Source: a virus
Taxonomy: Duplodnaviria; Caudoviricetes
Length of the DNA: 64,000 nt
Strand: one strand, 5' to 3'
Virus record (IMG/VR): IMGVR_UViG_3300026549_000034
Coordinates: 64,001-128,000 of that record
Below the pieces are notes generated by a model that saw nothing but the letters and a program-made list of their open reading frames with translations, had not been told where the DNA came from and searched no databases. Below, piece by piece: positions 9,214-20,058 of the stretch; the stretch's first letter is position 1, and every line of letters starts with the position of its first letter. A program made the translations under genes and the position numbers.

Positions 9214-12200
9214 TTATTTAATAAGTATTTTTTCTTTAATTTTTTTATTATAAATATGTGATTTATCTAATGAATATTTTACATTAATATTATAGTATCC
9301 TTTGTTGTATATATTGTCATTTTTTGGTATTGATAATATTGACATGTTTGAATTACCATATATCTTAACATTGTTGCTTATACCAAATGATATAGGTTGT
9401 ATGTTCCATTTAGAATATACATCTAAGTTTGTTGGAAGCATTTTATTATTTTCTAATGAACATATTATCAAATCATCACTATTAAAATGATTTTTGCCGT
9501 TACTATCAATAAACTGCATTCTATTAATTAAAAATATATTATCGGAACTTGCATGTCTTAATATATACTGATTTCCTGAATTACCTGTAAATTCAATAGT
9601 ATTTTGATATTTATTTATGTCTAATATTGATGCAAATTTATCACAAGTATCTTTAGAAATAAATACTATATAATATTGTTGTTTATCATGCATCAAGAAC
9701 ATATCATAGTCATATTTTTCATTAAACTGAATATATGAATCATAAACTTCCTTAATTATCTCGCCTTCATCATAATCTATAGTTGTATCATTATTACTTG
9801 TTGTAATATTATTTACTTTATTGCATGTTATTGTAAATTTCTTATAGAAGAATTCTTTATATAAATCAACTTCATTACTTGTACTATCATAAGGTATTGG
9901 ATGTTCAATTGTTGAAATCTTATATAAATGCGGTGTAATTGTTACAGGATTGACTATAGATGAATTACATGAAAAGAACAATAATACTTTATATTCATTT
10001 CCTGATAATGTAATATATCCATGATTAATATATTCATTTACTATATTGTCACGTTCATCAAATATACATAATTTTACACATACAGCCCTATTAGTAGAAT
10101 CACATTCACAGTCTAATTTATATAGTCCCTTTAATCCAGTAAAGTCTTTACATAAATAGTTTATATAAGTATATTCATCATAGTCATCAGTAGGTGATTT
10201 TATTTGTAATGTATTTTGATCAATCTTATATGTCTCATGATAATTATATTCTATAGTACCATCTGAATTTATTTTAGACCAGTAGAATGAAGGATTTTGA
10301 ATATAAGCCATATCTAATGAATCAATATTTTTTCCATTGTTTAAGAAATATTGATAATAGTTTGATTCTTCAAGTCTAACATTAGGTATAGGATCAAGTT
10401 CATTACCTGTTATAGTATCTTTAAGACCTTTTACTGTGCAATAATATTTACCATCATTACGTTTTTCAAGATCAGAACAATTTTGTGAATTATAATAGCC
10501 AAATATATTTAATATTTTTGTTTGGTTCTTATAATAAAAATTAACTTTTAAATATATATTATTTGTATTATTATTGTAGTATTTAATAAATTCATTAGTT
10601 GTAGGTATAAAATCATTATATTGATTATTAGTCTTTTTTACAAAGCTATATGAGAATGACAATATATGTTTTTCACCTTTATATAAATAAACATAATTGT
10701 TGTTTTCAACATAAATATTTTTAATATCTACATTTAAATTATTTTGTTCATATTTATTTTCATTAGAAGCAAAGGATGCATAATCTTTATATATACAATA
10801 TCCTATGGAAATTTCATCATTATCTTCTATTATATTATACAATGATTCTGCATTTATGTTATTTTCATCTATATCATAGTTTGCAGTTCTACCAATAATA
10901 TAATATAATGCTTTACCTTCAATGATTTCTGGTTTATTACTACTTATTGTATATGCGTCTTGTCCATCTTTAGTTGATACACTTTCATCATCTATAATAC
11001 CAGATACTGTAAAAGTATTTGTGTATTTTTGTTTGTCAAATAATAAGTTTTTATATCGTACTGTGATGTTATTATAAAATGCTAATATATCTTGTCTATC
11101 ATCTTCAGTATCACCTTTTACATCTAACTTGAATAGATTATAAATATGTACATTATTAAGATATTTGTATGTATTTGATATATTAATTTTTTCTTGATAT
11201 CTACTTACTAAGTCACCGATTTTTGATAATCTAGTATCATCACCATCATTATCATATAAATAATCCCAATATCTAATTCCGAAAGATATATCATTTACAT
11301 TGACAAAATCTGGAAACCACATATAAGAATTAAAATATACCTTGTCATCAGTTATAGACTTTATTTGAGAAAAGTTTGAAAATATTTTTGATGGTTCATT
11401 ATAGAAATCATATGTATTTATATAGTTAGTTATGTCTAATTTTGTCTTATTGTCATCATTATAATTTACAAGTATACCATATTCATTATCCGAATCATCC
11501 TCTTTATGTTGTTTAAGGACATTATTTAGTTCATTAATGTCATTACACCAATATTGATATTGTAATGTTCCAATATGAATGTCAAGTTCACCAAGTTTAA
11601 TTATAAAGTCATAATCATACCAAACATTATTTACACACAAATATAAAGTAAATTCAGAATTTACATATCTTCCTAATGGTTTTTTAGCAAAATATTCTAT
11701 CAATTTAGGATATATTACAAATGAGTTATATATATAATTAGATGTTTGTATAAAGTTAAAAGAATTCTTGTATATAATTGAATTAGTATTTTTTTCTTTT
11801 AATATTAATATACAACTACAATATGTATTGTCATTTGTTATTATTTTAATAGGTACATTTATACAAGTATCATTAATTAAATACCAATCATAATTTTCTG
11901 AATTTTCATATATTTCATCAAGTTCTTCTTTAGTACTATCTTCTATTGCTTTATTAGATAATCTATACTCATTAAAATGCTCATCAACATAATGATATTG
12001 ATGTGTAATGAATCTTAAGTTTGATTTTGGAAATTCTACATTTATATTATTTTGAATTTGTAGATTAATTGTATTTTCATGTAAATGTGTCTTACAGTAA
12101 GAAAACAACTTAATGTCATTAGTATATACTTTATGTTCAAGCGAAATATTTTTTAAGTTAACAAATATTGGCAAGAAATATTTTCTATAATAATATGCTA

Positions 12201-13368
12201 AACAAGATATCTTTAAAGCCAACTCATTAAATGAATAATGAAAATATGAATCAATATATGAATAACGTTGTTCTTTAAGGTATTCATTAGTTTCAACAAC
12301 AGTCTGTGCAGTTGTCAAATCAATAAGCTTTGGATTGCCTTCACCCCAAAATATAATTTGATCTTCATTATTATTTATAATAGATTGTTCATATCTTTCT
12401 CCATTTTCTTTATTTAACTTGAGTTGTAAAGAAACATATTGAGTATTTATGAAGTTTTTAAATGCTAATAATATATCAGTATGAATATCAAAATAATCTC
12501 TAATAAATTGTTGTTTTACTTCATTTGTTGTTTCTACTAATTTATATAAAGTAAGTTTGTCATAAAAGCCAAACCATTTTAATGAATCTATTGCAGAATT
12601 ATAATTACCACATTCACCTTTGATATTCATGTAGTTAATCATATATTCCTTTAATTTTCTGTTATATAGTTCTTCATTAAATTGGTCATTGAAGAAACTT
12701 GTACCATTTATAGCTCTTAATATGTCTTTAGGTAAGTCTACCCCCATATTCTTACCATGAATATATAAAGTCTCATACATATCTATAAATGTACCGCCAA
12801 CAGTAATAGGACACCAAATTTGATCATCATTATATTTCTTTGTTATGTTTATCATAATATTAGAAGTCCATGTTCCCGGTTCATCTGTCTTACCAATTAC
12901 ATAAATAGGAATAAGTAATAATGATCTATCGTTATCTTTTATTTTTACAACAATAATATCTTCATCATTATTTGAAGACAAATTCAATATTGGTTCTAAT
13001 TGACCAGTTTCACTATTATATGTATGTGAAATAGTTGATATATCTATAGTATCAGTTATTGAATTGATATTATATATTTTTTCCTGAAAACTATTAGCTT
13101 TTATAAAACTAAATATTTTTGAATCAATAGTAATATTAATATCATATAAGTCTGATATACTATTTTCACTAAATATGTCTATATTGTCTTCAATTTCATA
13201 TAATATATTTATAGATCTGGCATAGTAATTATTTATAGATAAATTTTGACAATCTGTTGTGTCATTTATCCAAAATACATAAGGATTTTCTTCATATTCA
13301 TATCCTATTGGTTTCTTTTTATAAGATGTTAATGTAAAAGTATGTCCACTATTATCTAAAAAATACAT
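9214..13368 (-). CDS. Large virion structural protein, probably baseplate wedge (gp7-like N-terminal region)
   Basis: 1384 aa; KGECGNYNSAIDSLKWFGF resembles wedge (gp7/P2 I-like) motif; late-type motif upstream. Confidence 0.5.
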   Translation of the reverse strand: MYFLDNSGHTFTLTSYKKKPIGYEYEENPYVFWINDTTDCQNLSINNYYARSINILYEIEDNIDIFSENSISDLYDINITIDSKIFSFIKANSFQEKIYNINSITDTIDISTISHTYNSETGQLEPILNLSSNNDEDIIVVKIKDNDRSLLLIPIYVIGKTDEPGTWTSNIMINITKKYNDDQIWCPITVGGTFIDMYETLYIHGKNMGVDLPKDILRAINGTSFFNDQFNEELYNRKLKEYMINYMNIKGECGNYNSAIDSLKWFGFYDKLTLYKLVETTNEVKQQFIRDYFDIHTDILLAFKNFINTQYVSLQLKLNKENGERYEQSIINNNEDQIIFWGEGNPKLIDLTTAQTVVETNEYLKEQRYSYIDSYFHYSFNELALKISCLAYYYRKYFLPIFVNLKNISLEHKVYTNDIKLFSYCKTHLHENTINLQIQNNINVEFPKSNLRFITHQYHYVDEHFNEYRLSNKAIEDSTKEELDEIYENSENYDWYLINDTCINVPIKIITNDNTYCSCILILKEKNTNSIIYKNSFNFIQTSNYIYNSFVIYPKLIEYFAKKPLGRYVNSEFTLYLCVNNVWYDYDFIIKLGELDIHIGTLQYQYWCNDINELNNVLKQHKEDDSDNEYGILVNYNDDNKTKLDITNYINTYDFYNEPSKIFSNFSQIKSITDDKVYFNSYMWFPDFVNVNDISFGIRYWDYLYDNDGDDTRLSKIGDLVSRYQEKINISNTYKYLNNVHIYNLFKLDVKGDTEDDRQDILAFYNNITVRYKNLLFDKQKYTNTFTVSGIIDDESVSTKDGQDAYTISSNKPEIIEGKALYYIIGRTANYDIDENNINAESLYNIIEDNDEISIGYCIYKDYASFASNENKYEQNNLNVDIKNIYVENNNYVYLYKGEKHILSFSYSFVKKTNNQYNDFIPTTNEFIKYYNNNTNNIYLKVNFYYKNQTKILNIFGYYNSQNCSDLEKRNDGKYYCTVKGLKDTITGNELDPIPNVRLEESNYYQYFLNNGKNIDSLDMAYIQNPSFYWSKINSDGTIEYNYHETYKIDQNTLQIKSPTDDYDEYTYINYLCKDFTGLKGLYKLDCECDSTNRAVCVKLCIFDERDNIVNEYINHGYITLSGNEYKVLLFFSCNSSIVNPVTITPHLYKISTIEHPIPYDSTSNEVDLYKEFFYKKFTITCNKVNNITTSNNDTTIDYDEGEIIKEVYDSYIQFNEKYDYDMFLMHDKQQYYIVFISKDTCDKFASILDINKYQNTIEFTGNSGNQYILRHASSDNIFLINRMQFIDSNGKNHFNSDDLIICSLENNKMLPTNLDVYSKWNIQPISFGISNNVKIYGNSNMSILSIPKNDNIYNKGYYNINVKYSLDKSHIYNKKIKEKILIK

Positions 13369-13440
13369 TATATAATTATGATATATGTTTTTATTATTTA
13401 AAAATATTTTTTGTTTTTGTTTTTCATATTAAATTATGAC

Positions 13441-13471
13441 AAAAAAAAAGACTTCATAAGAAGTCTTTTTG
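13441..13471. terminator. Intrinsic terminator
   Basis: aaaaagacttc-ataa-gaagtcttttt. Confidence 0.75.
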
Positions 13472-13496
13472 TATATATTAAATGTTTAACTATTGT

Positions 13497-13748
13497 TTAA
13501 TCATACCAAGTAATATATTTAAATCTCTTTAGTTTATCTATATATTTTATTAAAGTAATAAGTCGTACATCAATAAGCTGAATAAATATTACTAAAACTG
13601 CATTTCCCTTAAATAATATTTTTGGTAAGCATTTATTCAAAATACCTTCTGAAGCATAATCATATTTAATGTCTCCAGTTGTATTTAATTTTTCATATCT
13701 ATATGTTCTATATGTAAGACTATTCTTAATATCCACCTTAATATTCAA
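13497..13748 (-). CDS. Hypothetical protein
   Basis: 83-aa ORF overlapping upstream stop. Confidence 0.6.
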   Translation of the reverse strand: MNIKVDIKNSLTYRTYRYEKLNTTGDIKYDYASEGILNKCLPKILFKGNAVLVIFIQLIDVRLITLIKYIDKLKRFKYITWYD

Positions 13749-14811
13749 TATTATATTTTTTCATTAGTTCTTTTATTTTTTCTACTGATTTTTCTAATGT
13801 TGTTTTTTTGTTTTGCATCTCTTTTTGATACATATCAGAATAAGAACCAGTTGATGCTTTGTTACGGGCATTTGTATATTCTGCAATTGTTGGTAAAAGT
13901 CCGTTTACACCAGTATAATAACCTTGTTTACTATATCTATTTGGCTCAACATAACGTTGTTTATCATATATATATTTTGTTAATTCACCAATTGCATATA
14001 CTTTATCTGCATTAGTTATTGGATCTTTAGCAATTTCAATAGATAATTCAGAAATCTTAGATATTATTTTACCACATTCATTCAAAAGATCTTCATTATT
14101 TTCTCTTTTTGCTTTATTTTGTGCAACTATTTTCTTATATCTATCAACATTTGCTTGAGCCATTCGTCGTAATGATTCTGGATCAGTATATACCATACCA
14201 CTTTTATCTAATCTTCTTTGCTGTTGTATTTTCTGTACAATATTTTTGTCTTGTAATGGAATAAAATATACATCACTATCTTTGAACTTTTCAATCTTTT
14301 CTGCTTGTTTTAAATTATATCTACTTCCATATTCTAAATTATATCCGCTATTATTTGTAGAATTTAGCATATATATGTCTCCACCAGGAAACATAATATA
14401 TGTATAATTAGAATCTTTATAAGCAGCAACAATTGAATTTAATTTTCCTTGAATTATCTTTCTAATTTCTGCATTTACTTTATTTTCAGTTTTTGCAAAA
14501 TCTTCTTTAGATATAAACTTGACATCCGAATCATTTACTTTATCCCATTGAATAACTTTACTATACTCACCGAATATTTCTTTGAATGTTTTATTTTGCG
14601 CTTTACTTGCGCCCCAAAAATATCCTTGTTCCTTTTTGGCATCATCCTCATCATTTAATTGTTTTTGTCTATTGGTTTTAAGTGTTTTTAGTTGTTTAGC
14701 AATATCCCTAAGAATTTTACAATTAAGTGATTCATATATTATTTCACTATCTAATGTATTAAATAAATTAGTTATCTTATATTCATTGATATAGTTTATT
14801 AAGTCTTTCAT
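13738..14811 (-). CDS. Hypothetical protein with leader (MKDLINYINE; second site IIYE-S)
   Basis: 357-aa ORF with helical C-terminus. Confidence 0.75.
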   Translation of the reverse strand: MKDLINYINEYKITNLFNTLDSEIIYESLNCKILRDIAKQLKTLKTNRQKQLNDEDDAKKEQGYFWGASKAQNKTFKEIFGEYSKVIQWDKVNDSDVKFISKEDFAKTENKVNAEIRKIIQGKLNSIVAAYKDSNYTYIMFPGGDIYMLNSTNNSGYNLEYGSRYNLKQAEKIEKFKDSDVYFIPLQDKNIVQKIQQQRRLDKSGMVYTDPESLRRMAQANVDRYKKIVAQNKAKRENNEDLLNECGKIISKISELSIEIAKDPITNADKVYAIGELTKYIYDKQRYVEPNRYSKQGYYTGVNGLLPTIAEYTNARNKASTGSYSDMYQKEMQNKKTTLEKSVEKIKELMKKYNIEY

Positions 14812-14850
14812 AAAATCTAATAATATTTTTTAATTAATATTTTTCTATTT

Positions 14851-14911
14851 TTAAATTGTGTTACTATTAAAGAAATTTTGTTTTCTTTAAATGGTGTTAC
14901 TATTAAAGAAA
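14851..14911. repeat. 25-bp direct repeat duplicating the 3' end of the neck gene
   Basis: 14851-14875 vs 14887-14911, 24/25 identical; both encode FFNSNTI* on the minus strand. Confidence 0.85.
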
Positions 14912-15723
14912 TAATCCGCCGAATGTTGACTGGTGCACCATTCTTCAATTTTTTCTATTTCTCTATCAGCACTATCTTCAAAACGAGAGTAATTTAATGT
15001 AATACCTCCAGGAAGTTTATATTCAAATGTTCCTAATATTGTTGACATTGATTTCTTTCCTAAGCAGACGCATAATCTGAAGAAGTAATATAATTGGTAA
15101 AGATCTTGTATTTTGCATCTAAGAAAACATTGAAGCAATAAATCGGAATTCCCTAATGCACCAAGTATTACTAATTTATGTGAATACGGATTATAGTTAA
15201 ACGTCAATGGCGATTCAAACATTGCTTTATAAGTTTGTACTTCATATAAAGCACCCATAACATCTGTCATTCTATAACCAGTTCCACCACCAAACACATC
15301 TTGTAGATTACCACCTATACCAGATGCCATAATAGAATTGTTCATTATAAGACGTTCTAATGAAAAGTCCCCAAGAACTCCATAGTTAAATACTTCATTT
15401 GTCTTATACACACCAAATACTGATAATATTCTTTGTGGTAATGTTATGATTTTATTAGGACCGCATTTACAAAAGTCATAATTCTTAATGCAATAATATC
15501 GTTCTTCAACTGCAAAATCATAGTTCTCCCAAAAGAATTGTGCTGCTTGTAAAATTAATGGTGGTATTGCTGCAGCTGGAACAGGTAATGGCAATGCACA
15601 AGATTGAGTCAAATCCTGAACAATTCTTTGTATGAATTGATAGTCTGTTTGATCTTCAAGTTGATTTTGTAGTTTAACTCTATCTTCCGTTGTCAATTGT
15701 TTATTTTGTGGAATACAATTCAT
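14887..15723 (-). CDS. Neck/head-tail adaptor protein (T4 gp13-like)
   Basis: A.QFF.E.Y..AVEE N-terminus and C-terminal F..KLPGGITLN motif typical of gp13. Confidence 0.7.
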   Translation of the reverse strand: MNCIPQNKQLTTEDRVKLQNQLEDQTDYQFIQRIVQDLTQSCALPLPVPAAAIPPLILQAAQFFWENYDFAVEERYYCIKNYDFCKCGPNKIITLPQRILSVFGVYKTNEVFNYGVLGDFSLERLIMNNSIMASGIGGNLQDVFGGGTGYRMTDVMGALYEVQTYKAMFESPLTFNYNPYSHKLVILGALGNSDLLLQCFLRCKIQDLYQLYYFFRLCVCLGKKSMSTILGTFEYKLPGGITLNYSRFEDSADREIEKIEEWCTSQHSADYFFNSNTI

Positions 15724-15882
15724 TATATTAACTATATTACAACTTATATATAATTAAAAATAAAAATAAGTCTATTAAGTTATAGTTAGATTTTTAAAAA
15801 TTATAATCATTAATATTAAAACTTTACTACTTACTTAATCTATATTTAAATAACAAAAAAATATATGTATGACAACAATTAA

Positions 15883-18800
15883 ATGGGTAATTCCATAAAT
15901 AACTATATAAGTAATCTTTACAATTTTTATAAATCAACTACTCAAAAAAATCAATCTTTAACTGACATATTAACAAACTTCTCACAAATCAGTAAAGATT
16001 ATAAAGACATTATAAAAGAAAAAAATATTGCAAATAATCAATATCATTATTCTTCATATAATTTTGTTGAATGTACTAATGAAGAACAATTAGATTTTAT
16101 AAATAATCAATTACAACTTATAGAATCATTAGTAACCAACAGTATTTATGAAAAAAATGGTATGATATGGAATTGGTATGATATTTTTAATTTGATTACT
16201 AATGCTGAATATGCTAATACTGAAAAGATAAAAAGAAAAGTAGTATATTCAACAACAAATGTAAATCGCCCTATTGGTGATGTATCATATAATTTATGGA
16301 ATGGTTTGCAAATTATTGACCTTGATATTAAGAATGCAGAATTAGCAACTAATCTAAAACCTTTACTATTTGATAATCTTAAGAAATATTCATGGTTTTT
16401 AGGTATATGTAAGTCTGCATCTAAGAAATCATTACATATATGGACAAAAATCACACCGTTCACAATTGAAAATGATCATCGAAGAATAGAATATCTTGCC
16501 AACTTCCGTCATAAATATTCATATATTTATATTGTATTATTACAATTAATGGATAAGTTTTCATATACAAAAGATGACATTATTCAATATATGGATATGG
16601 CTATGTGTAAGCCTCAACAGGGTATTTTCATATCTTCTGATAATGAAGCTATGATGAATACTAACTTTATTGATCTTCGTCTTGATGTTAATTTTGAATC
16701 TGCGTGCAATAACGGTATAGAATCTATTAATTGGATTTCACATCCTGATCTTAAAGAAAGATTTAGACAACTTGAATGGTTTAGTAATGATAAAGTTGAA
16801 AATGAAGTACAAATATCTAATATTTCAGAACTAGAAAATAGAGATGTATCTAAAAACAAAAGAATACACTATAAGCATAATCAACGTTGGCAATTAGCAA
16901 ATACATTAGCAGCATTATATGGTGAGGAAAAGGGTCTTAAGATAATGGTAGAAATATGTAAAGACACACCTTATCAAGAATTAAAAGGTGACATACATAC
17001 CGCAGTAATACATAATAAACCAATATCTGAATGGGCTGTAAAGACTCTTAACAGAAGTCATGGATTTAACATTAAAATAAAAGAAAACAATGAGGAATAT
17101 AGTAAAGAAATTGAAAAGATAAATGAAAAGATAAGTGAAGACGATTCTATAGATCCAACAAAAATACTTAATGATAATACAGATAGAATAACATTACACT
17201 TAAAAAGTACACAATATTTGTCAGATATAAAAGAAGATATTGTTAAAAACTTAGGAAAAATAACATTATTAGAGGCAGGTGCAGGATATGGTAAGACTGA
17301 AATGATAAAAAGTCTTAAAGACAAAACATTACTTATATTACCATTTACATCTACTATTAAAGCCAAAGTAGAAGCAAGTGAAGTAACAAAGGATTGGTTG
17401 TATTATTATGGAAACAAAAGACCTACACTTGATGAAATTCTTGGACATCAAAATATGTCTATGACAGTAGATAAGTTTTCAAGATTAAATGTAATGGAAC
17501 TTGATCAGGCTGATTTTAAGTATATTGTTATAGACGAATCACATTTATTATTCACTAGTTCTTATAGAGATGTTATGTCACCAACTATTCAACGACTTGC
17601 AAATTGTAATGCAAAGATAATTATGATGACAGGAACACCAACTGGAGAATTATTGTTCTTTCCTGGGATAAAACATATTAAAGTAATTAAAGAAGATAAT
17701 AGAATAAAAGAATTTGAAATACATTTATGTCATGCAAAAACTGAAAAACTAATTCAAATGTGTCATAGTATGGGTGATGATATTATTGCTGGTAAGAAAA
17801 TATTATACCCATCAAACAAAGGAAATCTACATTATGAACAAATACGAGGAATAATACAAGAATATCTTATTGAAAAAGGATATAATAAACCAATACGTTC
17901 ATTCTATTATAAGAAGGCAAACTATGGTGAGGAAACAATGGAAGAAATTAATGTAGACAAATCAATTGGAAATAATGATTTGATTATGTGTACAAATTAT
18001 TTATCTGTTGGTGTAGACATATGTGACAAATATAATTTTTCGGTATATTTTAGTGAATTATGGATTCCACAAGATGTTGAACAGTTTGCAAATAGATTAA
18101 GAAATAATGATTTGTATCTTAAAATGTTTCTTGAAAAATATGATTCATCAGGATATAAGATAAATTATAATGATACTAAACCATTAAATCTTAACTTTAA
18201 TATGGTAGAAATGCTTGTTATGAGAGATTTTTTAAGAGTTGTAAATGATATGATTGAAAGAAATGATGAAGAATCAAAATATAATCCAATGATTTATTCA
18301 TTATTGACAGCAAACAAATCTTTAAAGTATGATGAAAATGATTGTAAATTTTATATTGATGAGACAACATATAAGTTAAAGATATTTGAAGAAAGATATT
18401 CTGAATATTCAAAACAAATGAATGTACTATTAAATGGATTAAAATATTATGGATATACAACAAATATTATAGATCATCAAGAAGTAATTAGTGAGGAAGA
18501 TATAACTGCAGTTGAAGAATTATTGAAACAGTATAGACATAGTCATTTTAATGAACAAACAGTAAAGACTTTCAAATTTTTACACCATATTAATGATTCT
18601 AATATAGACATATATAAGGAAATACTTAAGGGATCATATTCTATATTTAAAGATGAAGAATATAAAGAAGTAAGAGAGGAAAACAATATATATGCAGAAG
18701 ATATTGAAATTGTTATGAAAAACTTACCTATATATTTAGGCTTATATAAATTTTATGATCCTGAAACAATTATAGAAATATTTGAATATTGTAAAGAAAA

Positions 18801-19521
18801 GAAATCTAATAAGATAAACTATACAATGCTTAATAGAATTCGAAGATTTATAACAATTGAAGACAATAGAAGAAGAAAACGTCTTGATTTTCCTGTATAT
18901 AAATTTATATTAGATGCTCAAACATGGGCAAAGGATAATCCGTATGTATCTAAAGCTGATATAGATGAATGGATAGGAAAATATTCAGCAAAATTAGCAA
19001 ATGTAGTAAAAAATGCAATTGTAGATGATGTACAATTTTTAGAAACAATATATGATTTGACAGAAGAACTTTTTGATATAATAGTAATAAAGAAGAGACC
19101 AAAAAATGGAATAATACATATAGAACCATTTGAATTGCTATGGACAAAGAAAATTGATATAACAGATGTATATGGTGGATCTATTAATACTAAAGAATTC
19201 TTCTTACAAGATTTAGTTGAAAATATGAAATCAATGGAAGAATTAGAAGATGAAAGAATTAAGTCTATGGAATTACCTCATACAGATAAACTTAAATTAG
19301 AAGATGTTAAGGAACAAATAGAAAAGGTAATTAGTAAACCGTTTGCATATTATGAATATTCTGAAATTGATGGATCTAATGATAGATTCTTAAGAAAACA
19401 GAAGAATACAAATCATCTTGCAGATCAGATATTTGATAATCTTGAAAATATATTACCAGAAAAACAAAGTAAAATTATTAAACAAGAAATGAATGACTTA
19501 TTTGAAAATCAAAAAGTATAA
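15883..19521 (+). CDS. Primase-helicase fusion (AEP/BT4734-VirE-N-like + PriCT-like + SF2 helicase)
   Basis: GLQIIDLD, SASKKSLHIW; AGAGYGKT (Walker A), IDESH, MTGT, QFANRLR. Confidence 0.75.
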   Translation: MGNSINNYISNLYNFYKSTTQKNQSLTDILTNFSQISKDYKDIIKEKNIANNQYHYSSYNFVECTNEEQLDFINNQLQLIESLVTNSIYEKNGMIWNWYDIFNLITNAEYANTEKIKRKVVYSTTNVNRPIGDVSYNLWNGLQIIDLDIKNAELATNLKPLLFDNLKKYSWFLGICKSASKKSLHIWTKITPFTIENDHRRIEYLANFRHKYSYIYIVLLQLMDKFSYTKDDIIQYMDMAMCKPQQGIFISSDNEAMMNTNFIDLRLDVNFESACNNGIESINWISHPDLKERFRQLEWFSNDKVENEVQISNISELENRDVSKNKRIHYKHNQRWQLANTLAALYGEEKGLKIMVEICKDTPYQELKGDIHTAVIHNKPISEWAVKTLNRSHGFNIKIKENNEEYSKEIEKINEKISEDDSIDPTKILNDNTDRITLHLKSTQYLSDIKEDIVKNLGKITLLEAGAGYGKTEMIKSLKDKTLLILPFTSTIKAKVEASEVTKDWLYYYGNKRPTLDEILGHQNMSMTVDKFSRLNVMELDQADFKYIVIDESHLLFTSSYRDVMSPTIQRLANCNAKIIMMTGTPTGELLFFPGIKHIKVIKEDNRIKEFEIHLCHAKTEKLIQMCHSMGDDIIAGKKILYPSNKGNLHYEQIRGIIQEYLIEKGYNKPIRSFYYKKANYGEETMEEINVDKSIGNNDLIMCTNYLSVGVDICDKYNFSVYFSELWIPQDVEQFANRLRNNDLYLKMFLEKYDSSGYKINYNDTKPLNLNFNMVEMLVMRDFLRVVNDMIERNDEESKYNPMIYSLLTANKSLKYDENDCKFYIDETTYKLKIFEERYSEYSKQMNVLLNGLKYYGYTTNIIDHQEVISEEDITAVEELLKQYRHSHFNEQTVKTFKFLHHINDSNIDIYKEILKGSYSIFKDEEYKEVREENNIYAEDIEIVMKNLPIYLGLYKFYDPETIIEIFEYCKEKKSNKINYTMLNRIRRFITIEDNRRRKRLDFPVYKFILDAQTWAKDNPYVSKADIDEWIGKYSAKLANVVKNAIVDDVQFLETIYDLTEELFDIIVIKKRPKNGIIHIEPFELLWTKKIDITDVYGGSINTKEFFLQDLVENMKSMEELEDERIKSMELPHTDKLKLEDVKEQIEKVISKPFAYYEYSEIDGSNDRFLRKQKNTNHLADQIFDNLENILPEKQSKIIKQEMNDLFENQKV

Positions 19522-19586
19522 ATTTGAAAATCAAAAAGTATAAATTTGAAAATCAAAAAATATAAATTTGAAAATCAAAAATATAA
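19501..19586 (+). repeat. 22-bp tandem repeat, about 4 copies
   Basis: tttgaaaatcaaaaa(g/a)tataaa at 19501, 19523, 19545 and 19567 (last copy degenerate). Confidence 0.9.
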
Positions 19587-19603
19587 TTAAATATACAAAA
19601 TTT

Positions 19604-20002
19604 ATGGAAAATAATGAAAAGGTGATGGGTCTTGATGGAAAACTTTATGAACAAATAAAACCATCTGAAGAAAATGACCAAATGAAAGAATCTGTAGTAA
19701 ATCTAAAGAAAAAAGTACAGAAGACAAAAGAAAATGTAAAGACAGGAATGATCATGGATGAACTTGAAGATGTAAAACTTGATGAAAACAATTCAAGAAC
19801 TATTGATCAATTTGATAATCCAGTTACTGGTAAACTTGATGAAAACACATTACAAAAACTTATGGCTTATAGAAATCGTAAACCATCTATACGAGAATAT
19901 AAGATAGGAAGAAATGATCCTTGTCCATGCGGTAGTGGAAAAAAATATAAAAACTGTTGCTTAAAGACAGGTAAATATGAACAACTAATTAAGAAAGGAT
20001 AA
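19604..20002 (+). CDS. SEC-C zinc-binding motif protein
   Basis: [20 protein letters not shown]; start moved to ATG 19604 because the TTG at 19568 lies within the repeat. Confidence 0.8.
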   Translation: MENNEKVMGLDGKLYEQIKPSEENDQMKESVVNLKKKVQKTKENVKTGMIMDELEDVKLDENNSRTIDQFDNPVTGKLDENTLQKLMAYRNRKPSIREYKIGRNDPCPCGSGKKYKNCCLKTGKYEQLIKKG

Positions 20003-20019
20003 TTTAAGTTATCCTTTTT
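19994..20019 (+). terminator. Intrinsic terminator
   Basis: aaaggataa-tttaag-ttatccttttt. Confidence 0.65.
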
Positions 20020-20058
20020 CTTTTTAAATTATTCTAAAATTTATACTATATTTAAAAT

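Noticed and set aside
19501-19586. Possible CRISPR array
   Set aside because: Contiguous tandem units with no unique spacers; no cas genes in the window.
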